Notes under the pieces: model-generated
Seen by the model: the letters and a program-made list of their open reading frames with translations, nothing else
Told to the model about the DNA's origin: nothing
Database searches by the model: none
NCBI GenBank assembly: GCA_951406725.2
Contig: OX597821.1
Location: 96,224,001-96,288,000 of the forward strand
Direction of reading: 5' to 3'
DNA: 64,000 nt
Source: Octopus vulgaris
Lineage: Eukaryota
Position numbers and translations under genes: made by a program
Shown here: positions 54,276-64,000 of the stretch, one piece after another
Layout of the letters: every line of letters begins with the position of its first letter
Position numbering within the stretch: position 1 is the stretch's first letter

Positions 54276-55522
54276 CACATGATATACATTATGTGTGTGT
54301 GTGCGCACGCACGTTTGTGTGTGTACGTGTGCATGATGTAAGTATAAACATAGACATACACAAATATATATGCATATGTAAACACTAATACATCTATCTA
54401 TATATCTATCTATCTATTTATTTGTGTGTCTGCCTTTCTGTCTATTCATATGTATATATATATATATGCCAATATATATATCACACATAATTGACCATTA
54501 TTCCAAGCCAGTTATTTCTATCACGAGACATTTTGTCTAACAATTTAAGTAGTGCACGAATTACTATAGTCGTAATAAAACGGAAAAAAAGTTTCAGATA
54601 TATATGTCAGAAAGTTGCTTACAGGTAATGAACGTCAGTTTCGATAGACCCCTACCCACATATACATAAATATGTATATATGTATGGGCATACATGAATA
54701 CATATTCAAATATATATATATACATATTTGTGTATGTGTTTTTTATATATGTATATGCATATGTATCTGTACGTGTGTTCGTGTGTATATGTGTTCGTGT
54801 GTGTGTGTGTGTATTTGTGTGTGTGTATGTGCGCGTATTTTTGTATAATAATAAATAGCCAACCAAACTGTCAGACGATTAAAGTAGGCGGACATTGCAA
54901 ACGAGAATTTATGATTTGGGAAGGTGTTTTTTATTGTTGTTTTTAACAGCTGTAACTAACTTTTGTATTCCTCCTGTTGAAAAGCTTGCTGTAACAATGA
55001 CCGGTTGGATATACTTGATTTAAATTAGGTCAGATTTGAAAATAACGCTTACCAGAAAAAAACATCTATGCCTTACCGTGAATGTTATTCTCTTTTAAAT
55101 ATTCAACAATAGCATTTAGTCGCTGTCATTATTGTTAGATATAGGCCAATTTAAATATATTATCATTTAAATATTCGCCTAAAATATACAACTTTGTGAA
55201 CATTTATCAAGATACAAATTTTTATATAAACATTTATTGTGAAGCTTGATTTTAAAAATATGAAAATACCTGTGCACTTACAAAACCAGAAACAGAAATA
55301 GAAATATAAATTGTGAAAATCCGAAATTTAATCAACTGTGTCAGCTCACCAACACACAATCACACACAAACACACTGGTACGGTGGCGTACGCTCGTGAA
55401 TTCGTTACTTGGCTTAAGATCACAACCAAGTGCTTGGTTGCCACCAACGGAATCCACAGCGTTGCAAGCATTGGTATTAAACGTTTTGACGTAGCAATAA
55501 CACATACAAACAGACACATGTA

Positions 55523-55571
<49 letters not shown>

Positions 55572-55705
55572 ACACTTGCAGCGACATATATATGTATATA
55601 TATATATTGATAGTAATGGTAAGACAACAAAAGAATGAAAGAGACCGCGATATTATATAAATAGAGGAATTTATCTGTAAATGTAATATGTGTAAATTAT
55701 TTGGT

Positions 55706-55777
55706 AGCCATTATAAAACTCCGAGTTTCGGATGTCGGGTTGGAAATCCACGCCGCTACCTCTTCAGTTATCTGGCC
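55706..55777 (-). ncRNA. Type-I hammerhead in a TA-flanked element (about 55607-55800)
   Basis: GGCCA G AUAA CUGAAGA GG..CGG..UGGA-UU-UCCA..CCG..CC GAAAC UCGGA GUU UUAU AA UGGCU. Confidence 0.72.
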
Positions 55778-55796
55778 ATTGGAAAAAATGTTATGC

Positions 55797-55870
<74 letters not shown>

Positions 55871-55871
55871 C

Positions 55872-55927
<56 letters not shown>

Positions 55928-56120
55928 TATTTGTCCTGTACTCTATTTTTTTCGCTGTGTAAGAAAAATATCCAGTTCCTTGGTTTTGTGTTTATGTTTT
56001 CGTTTCTCATTGTGTTCGACGTTTTTTTGGTGTCCTGTACCCATATATGCATGTATATATACATGTAGAGGTAGGTACGTACATATACGTATGTATATAT
56101 GCATATTTTTTATTTATCAA

Positions 56121-56151
<31 letters not shown>

Positions 56152-56834
56152 TATCTGTCTGACTATCTATTTGTCTGCCTGCCTGTTTGCCTGCCTGCCT
56201 CTCTGCCTATCTGTCTGTCTGCCCCCCTCTCTCTCTATATATATATGTGTATATATGTACATATACATTTGTGTAGGTATATGTGTGTATCGGTGTTTGA
56301 GTGTGAGTGTGTATGTGTTTGCGTAAGTGTTTCTGCGTGCGCCTGTGTTTGTTAGACCATCAAGTTTTAATACGTTTGAAAGAAACCTGTAAACATGCAC
56401 ATCATCTAAGTAAAACAATCAGTAATGCGTCAGTTATGTATCGATAGATCGATGCATTGATTTAATCTCTCTATCAAACCACTTGAAGTTATCTAAATGT
56501 TGTTGTTCTCTCACTTGCAGTTGTCTAGACAACAGACAATGACTTATGTTTTGATAGGAAAACCTGTGAAAACTGCAGGGAGAACAGGATGCTTTGACAC
56601 TCACCTGACCCTACGGGACTTAGCTAATATTGCAGCGGTTGACATCTGTACCATCCTCATCATCATCACCATCACCATAAATATCCACAAACATAGTCAA
56701 AGACAAATATGTAGTTTCCAGACACACACATACACACGCTCTTTCGCGCTCACAAACAGACACATGCACGTACACGTACACACACAAACAGACACAGGCA
56801 TATACACAAACAAACGCATATGCACACACACACA

Positions 56835-56887
<53 letters not shown>

Positions 56888-57785
56888 ACCTCGGAACTTT
56901 TATGTGTGCAGAAAGTTTGTGTTCTATTTCTGTGTGTTGAAATTAAAACGATATTGTGGGAGAGTGATTTTAACAATTAAAAATCTCAGAAAAAATGGTT
57001 ACGAACAACAATCATAGTGTCAGCTACGAAGTTCCGAAAACATGTCTTCTTGTATAGTCTTCACGCAGTAGTGAAATTATGCCAATAACCACAACGCAGA
57101 AATGCCACAATATTTTTGACACTTCATTATGGACAGTGCTTAGAATTTAACAAATGTGGATTGAACAGCTTTAGCTTCTTCATAAATGTTTACATGGCTA
57201 TTCTATAATATCTGTAAAATATTATGAATTAATTTTCACAGTGGAACTCGAAGAAAAGAAAATATAGTGAGTAGAATTTTGGCTTAATTAACCCCGGAGG
57301 AGTCTTCGACTTTTTTCCGTTAGAGGGTTCCTTAGGGTAATATTCTAAACGCTATTATTTATTATTTATCCCATTCGAGTTTCAACGTTAACGATTATCA
57401 GTTGGTAGCACCCCTTTAGTACTGCTTACCAACCGAGGTTGGTAAATAATAATGGATTAAATGACTATTTTCGTTTGAAGATCTATCGTTTTAAAGTGGC
57501 TTTGCAATCATGAATTTAATGATTATTGCAAAACACTGATATTCGCCGATGAAACACATGTAAAGATTATGTAATTTACGATATTACAACAGAAACATTA
57601 AATCTCTTCCTTTACTCCGCTTTCTCTCTCCCTCACTACATCTCTCTCTCTCTCTCTCACACACACATACAATGGAACCACATTGCTACACATATGCAGT
57701 CTCTTCTCTCCACATGTCTCAATTAACGCTTGCATTGAATCATCGATCCCTGTAAAGCAGCAAGTTCTCTCTCTGTTTTCGTCTG

Positions 57786-58226
57786 ACGAGATCACCACTG
57801 ATATCCAACCAATCTGTGACTAAAGCAAAGGCGTACGAGGTCACCACTGATATCCAACCAACCTGTGACTAAAGCAAAGGCGTACGAGGTCACCGCTGAT
57901 ATCCAACCAATCTGTGACTAAAGCAAAGGCGTACGAGGTCACCACTGATATCCAACCAATCTGTGACTAAAGCAAAGGCGTACGAGGTCACCACTGATAT
58001 CCAACCAATCTGTGACTAAAGCAAAGGCGTACGAGGTCACCACTGATATCCAACCAATCTGTGACTAAAGCAAAGGCGTACGAGGTCACCACTGATATCC
58101 AACCAATCTGTGACTAAAGCAAAGGCGTACGAGGTCACCACTGATATCCAACCAATCTGTGACTAAAGCAAAGGCGTACGAGGTCACCACTGATATCCAA
58201 CCAATCTGTGACTAAAGCAAAGGCGT
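57786..58226. repeat. 9 x 49-bp minisatellite
   Basis: Unit ACGAGGTCACCACTGATATCCAACCAATCTGTGACTAAAGCAAAGGCGT; about three substitutions in total; no spacers. Confidence 0.97.
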
Positions 58227-59222
58227 TCCTAGTATGGCTATTTTGTACATGGTAGGATTACATTACCTAATGTGTCCTTCATTTTTAACGTTGCACTCTT
58301 TCATTTCAGGGGGTTTGATTTGATGCCCGCGTATACCTTTCCCAGGCACTAAGCAGTGGTAAACATTGGGACTGCATTATCATTTAGCTTCGACTGTTAG
58401 CAGATCAAGCGACAACGAAGAAACTTACTTGTCTCATAGCATGTATATAATACAGATTTTATACAGTATAATTAGTTGTATCGTTGCTTTGTACTAGGGT
58501 AACTGTCTAATATGACCCCTTCTTTTAAGATATCTGAGAGCAGTTTGAAAGATAGACGTTGTTGTTTGTTGAAGATTACCAGACAACTTACTGGCTTCAT
58601 GTTTTTAAACTTATCTCAGCAAGTTATCGTTTAATTTGTTTTATTTTTATGCTGTCACGTTTTACTAAGAACTATTTTTCTAATCCACTAGCTGTGTTAT
58701 GAATCCTTTGATGACGCTGCGTACAGTTATAAGGCTCGTTGAAGACAATCGGATTTTCCTAACGATTTCCACCTCTCATTAGATCAGTTCCTTTAAGATT
58801 AGTAGCTCAATGTCATATCACAAAGAATATAAAAGTAATGTATGCATGGGAAGATACGCAAATACACTCACTCAAGCAAAGACTTTCAAACAATATTAAT
58901 ATTGGGATACATGCGCACACACACACACACGCACATGTCGCGGACACACACACACTCACTTTCTCTTTCCCCCTATCGCTCTCACACACACGCTCACATG
59001 CACACACATGTGGAGAGGCATACAAACCTACGCATATATTCGAACACGCATGTGTGTATATATATATAGATATAAGATACATTCATATATGTATAATACA
59101 TACACACGAAAACATATATATATTATTTATCATAAAAACTGGTGTGTGTAAGCATACATACGCACACATATATATGATGCATATACGCGCACACACATTT
59201 GTATGTATATATGACTGTATAT

Positions 59223-59364
59223 AGTTGAAATTTATAGAAAAACTAAAAACGAAGACAGGTGTATGAACAACAAGCAAGTGTGTTAGTTTGACGCTCGGGA
59301 AAAATGAAAAAGTCTTTTACGTTTCGAGCCTACGCTCTTCAGCAGAAAGGAATAAGAGAAAAGA
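59223..59364 (-). mobile_element. Hammerhead element (sister of 44361), motif at 59314-59349, probably interrupted by SINEs
   Basis: CUUU CUGCUGA A GAGC-GUAG-GCUC GAAAC GUA AAAG; related 3' fragment at 39181-39240. Confidence 0.65.
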
Positions 59365-59780
59365 AGGCGGCGAGCTGGCAGAAACATTAGCACGCAGGGC
59401 GAAATGCTTAGCGGCATTTTGTTTGCCGCTACGTTCTGAGTTCAAATTCCGTCGAGGTCGACTTTGCCTTTCATCCTTTCGGGGTCGATTAAATAAGTAC
59501 CAGTTACGCACTGGGGTCGATATAATCGACTTAATCCGTTTGTCTGTCCTTGTTTGTCTTCTCTGTGTTTAGCTTCTTGTGGGTAGTAAAGAAATAGGGA
59601 TTTTATCAGCTGCTACGTTCTGAGTTCAAATTCCGCCGAGGTCGACTTTGTCTTGCATCATTTCGGGGTCGATTAAATAAGTACCAGTTACGCACTGGGG
59701 TCGATATGATCGACTTAATCCGTTTGTTTAGCCTTGTTTGTCCCCTCTGTGTAGCCCCTTGTGGGCAGTAAAAACAAATA
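59365..59780 (+). mobile_element. SINE family A plus a tandem headless partial duplicate
   Basis: 59365-59597 full copy; ~59610-59780 restarts just before the B-box. Confidence 0.88.
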
Positions 59781-60391
59781 AGGAAGGAATAAAAGGAAAT
59801 AAACAGAGAGAGAATGAAAAACGTGTAGAGTTCAGCGGCCCAGTGGAAGAATTTGAAAGAATTATTAAAATCATAATTATTAAGGGGATGAGCTGGCAGA
59901 AATGGTCGATGATCAGAAGAATGCTTTACAGTGTTGGGTACGGATCTTCACTCTCTGAGTTCAAATCTCGTTGAGATCAAATTTGCCTATCGTCTTTTCG
60001 GGATCGATAAAATAAAGTACCTATAAATATCTAAGGTAGATGTAATCAACTAATCATCTTCTCTGAAAATAGTTGCTGATCTTGCGAATGAAGCAGAAAC
60101 AAATATTAGGATTGATGAAATCATCATATTTATGGCATTCGTTTCCATTTATTGCTTTCTTTTTATGTTCGTTGTGGGATCTCTAACTGACCCTTATGTT
60201 TCCTTGGAATTCCACCCCGCCACGAAAACTGTCGGCGCCCTTAATTCGAATAAAAGTAATATATATTATTAATGTTTTTGTTCTTATCGGTATTGATGCC
60301 TGTCTTGAATTTCATTATGGTAATTATCATTATCACCGTTATTATCACACTAATGATTGATGATACAGTTTCCTTACATTAAAAATGAAGT

Positions 60392-60676
60392 TGATGATGA
60401 TGATGATGATGATGATAATGATGATGGTGGTGGTGATGGTGGTGGTGGTGGTGGTAGTGGTGGTGGTCGTGGTGGTGGACGTGGTTGTTATGACGATGAT
60501 GAGATGATAATGATGATGGTGGTGGTGATGGTGGTGGTGGTGGTGGTAGTGGTGGTGGTCGTGGTGGTGGACGTGGTTGTTATGACGATGATGAGATGAT
60601 AATGATGATGGTGGTGGTGATGGTGGGGGTGGGGGTGGAGGTGGTAGTGGTGGTGGTGGTGGTGGACTTGGTTGTT

Positions 60677-60720
<44 letters not shown>

Positions 60721-61120
60721 AATGATGATGGTGGTGGTGGTGGTGGTGGACGTGGTTGTTATAATGATGATGAGATGATAATGATGATGGTGGTGGTGAT
60801 GGTGGGGAGGGGGGTAGTGGTGGTGGTGGTGGTGGTGGTGGTGGACGTGCTTGTTATGATGATGATGAAGATGATAATGATGATGGTGGTGGTAATGGTG
60901 GTGAGGGGGGTAGTGGTGGTGGTGGTGGTGGTGGTGGTGGTGGTGGACGTGCGTGTTATGACAATGATGAAGATGATAATGATGATGGTGGTGGTGATGG
61001 TGGTGATGGTGTTGGTAGTGATGGTGGTGGTGGTGGTGGTGGTGGTGGTGGTGGTGGACGTGCTTGTTATGACGATGATGAGATGATAATGATCATGATG
61101 ATTATAATGCTTATCATGAT
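60392..61120. repeat. Higher-order (GGT)n/(GAT)n compound minisatellite
   Basis: Anchor GTGGACGTG(G/C)TTGTTATGA recurs 7 times at about 85-110-bp spacing. Confidence 0.85.
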
Positions 61121-62199
61121 GATATGATGGTAGCGGAAATAATTTAGTGACGGAGAGTTTAATTGTAAAAAGAGATGAATTATTAAAGCAGGTATTTGTT
61201 TGCAGACAGCATCCTATGCCACGCCAAATATATGGGACAGTATATCATTTAGAATCGGTACCACTGTCAGAGTTAAAGCCAATTTTAAAACCTAAAGAAG
61301 TCCCCAGAGAATGAAAGATCTATTCTAGGCTGATGTTGAAAAACAAACTCTTTCACACACAAATTTAAAAAAAACAGACAAAGAGAAAACTTAGAGGAAA
61401 ATCAATACGGTATCGTGTATGGAGTGTGTTATGCAGTTTTCTAGCATTTCTCCCATGTACAATAGTTAAAGCTATTGTTGCTAACAATTTGCTCTATATT
61501 CACCAAACTTAAATGATCAGAGTTTTCAATGTTGATGTATAATAATAAGAATGGTTACCTTATTTTGCAGCAAAAGTGAAGGATAAGGCAATAATGTAAG
61601 GGTAATTTAAATTAAAACGGTTTGTAAAGAATATGGGAGAACATAGGCTTAAAACAAACAAATAAACGATAGATGTTGAATGAAATGAAAATGTCATTAT
61701 AGGGTAAGATCAGGGAACTTCTTCCTACAAACACGCAATTATTGGATTGATCTGTCTACTAAAGGCGATCGTCCGATTCCATCAATCTGACCTAAAGACG
61801 CATATTCGAAGTAGATTCATGCTCGCACTCTTTTTCGTCCTACGGAAAATATGTCAGATGGGTGGCGGCATTTGAATTTCCTCTCATCCTAATCTTCTTT
61901 GAGCAATACTTCAAAAAAAAAAAAAAAAAACCTTGATGAGGATTAGGCTGATATAAAAAGGCTATGTTTACTAAAATTTCACTATAGCTATTGGTAGGCA
62001 GAAAACTGGGTGAATTTGAAAAAAATTTCTGATCGAGGAGTTTGGAAACTTCAAAAGGGTTTTCCAGCATATGCACAAGAAAGAGAAGGACAAATATATG
62101 AAGAATTTATGAAGCTGGGTGAGGTACGATGATGGAAGTGTAGAATTCTTCTAATAGAGGTGTTTTGGATAAATCGACAGTGTCCTGTCTAGTTACTAT

Positions 62200-62560
62200 C
62201 TTTTCTCTTTTCTTTTAACTGCCGTTTGACTGCGGCTCGAAAGATTTTTCAGTCGAACCAATTGATCCCAGAGCTTATTATTTTAAAGCCTAGTAGTATT
62301 CTATCAGTCTCTTTCACCGGACTGTTAAGTTACGGGGACATAAACATACCAACACCGGTTGTCAAGCGGTGATGGAGGACAAATACTGACACAAAGACAC
62401 ATACATACTCACACACACATATATACGACGGACTTCTTTCAGTATCTGTCTACCAAATCCACTCACAAGACTTCAGTCGGCCCGAGGCCATTGTAGAAGG
62501 CACATGGTGTTACACAGTGTGAGTGAACCCGAAACCAAGTGGTCACACCTGCGCTTATGG
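62200..62560 (-). mobile_element. Diverged SINE family C
   Basis: Match to 33911-34322. Confidence 0.75.
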
Positions 62561-62840
62561 GAATTCTTTTTTACGTAGGGATTTTATTTAGATGCGGACA
62601 AAATATTTCATCATCGATATGAAAGGGGCCAGAGAGAAAAAAAAAAACAACAAAAAAGCCTAAAGGTAAAAACCAGATTCTCGTCACTTTATAAAATAAC
62701 ATAAACGTTGGATAGGGCAGCTGTTGTTCGTTTTGCTAAGATAGCAGCATGAATAATTGGAGGGAAATGTATGTTACTATGTAGGCCGAAAGACCTCGAA
62801 AATATCGAGGTACTATCAATGCTTGGCGGTAATAATGCCA

Positions 62841-63253
62841 GCGGCGAGCTGGCAGAAACGTTAGCACGCCGGGCGAAATGCTTAGCGGTATTTCGTCTGC
62901 GTTAAGTTGTGAGTTCAAATTCCGCTGAGGTCGACTTTGCCTTTCATCCTTTCGGGGTCGATAAATTAAGTACCAGTTATGCACTGGGGTCGATGTAATC
63001 GACTTAATACCTATGTCTGTCCTTGTTTGTCCTCTCTGTGTTTAGCCCCTTGTGGGTAATAAAGAAATAGGTATTTCGTCTGCGTTACGTTGTGAGTTCA
63101 AATTCCGCCGAGGTCGACTTTACCTTTCATCCTTTCGGGGTCGATAAATTAAGTACCAGTTATGCACTGGGGTCGATGTAATCGATTTAATACCTATGTC
63201 TGTCCTTGTTTGTCCGCTCTGTGTTTAGCCCCTTGTGGGTAATAAAGAAATAG
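62841..63253 (+). mobile_element. SINE family A plus a tandem headless duplicate
   Basis: 62841-63070 full copy; 63071-63253 repeats from GGTATTTCGTCTGCG. Confidence 0.9.
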
Positions 63254-63376
63254 GTAATAATGGAGAGAGTAATACGCTGTGAAGTTATTGCAATCATGGT
63301 GATCTCCAGCCAACATCTGATGAAAGATACGTTATGTAGTGAAAGTTATGTGTCAAATAATATCTAAATATTCCTG

Positions 63377-63416
<40 letters not shown>

Positions 63417-63814
63417 TGTGTGTGTGTGCGCGTGCATGCATACGTGAGTATGCATGTATATATTATTAAATATACATAAATTTGGTATCCCAGTTTCATA
63501 TTACGCAGCATATTCAGAAAAATCAGCAGCCAGGTAAATGATATCTACATCTAGTAATGTATTATGTTTCAACTGAATAGGATAAAAGAAAAAAAACAAA
63601 TTGTCATAATATGTTGCAATACGATACATTAGTTCACTTTGGGTATCATTTACACATCTGATGAGCGTTTAGAAAGTATTTCGTAATATGAGACTTCAAC
63701 ACACCCGCTACCCAGATACACACACACGCGTATATATATGCACATACAACGACACTGCGTATATGTATATATACACACACATATGTGGGTATGTGTATAT
63801 ATATATCACACATC

Positions 63815-64000
63815 ACATGACCGACCAGACCATCAGACGTTGTTACACATCGCTGGTCACAATGCGTTCGCATTGTTTTAGCCTTCGAATGACCCACCCC
63901 GCTGGCTAAGCGAGCACGCCAACAGAAGAAAGAGTGGTAGAAAGCGTGGTGAAAGAGTACACCAGAGATGAACACCCCCTGCCGGAGCATCGTGGAGCTT
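63815..64000 (-). mobile_element. SINE family B tail type 1 (runs off the window)
   Basis: Reverse complement of 3935-4094. Confidence 0.85.

Noticed and set aside
57786-58226. CRISPR array
   Set aside because: Units are contiguous and identical with no unique spacers, there are no cas genes, and the context is eukaryotic.
61200-62150. Possible very old retroelement RT relic
   Set aside because: Only vague motif echoes and no recognisable catalytic motif.

Overview
AT-rich, microsatellite-dense eukaryotic non-coding DNA. The SINE repertoire looks cephalopod/Octopus-like (inference). I find no convincing host protein-coding gene; almost all track ORFs are microsatellite or SINE read-through. 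The window is a mosaic of mobile DNA: three tRNA-derived SINE families, a young 5'-truncated CR1-clade LINE (intact RT ORF) nested in a decayed Penelope-like element (PLE) RT, RTE and Jockey-like LINE relics, three copies of a non-autonomous Helitron, Chapaev-like and mariner-like transposase relics, long-TIR MITEs and a homogeneous 9x49-bp minisatellite. The most notable signal is a set of short (about 200-430 bp) non-coding elements sitting in (TA)n tracts. At least six sequence-distinct types carry type-I hammerhead ribozyme folds (CUGANGA...GAAAC...NUH with paired stems I-III), and many elements have a fold-back inverted arm ending at the TA tract. This suggests a diverse system of microsatellite-targeted, ribozyme-bearing non-autonomous PLE/retrozyme-like elements. 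All folds and alignments were done by eye.
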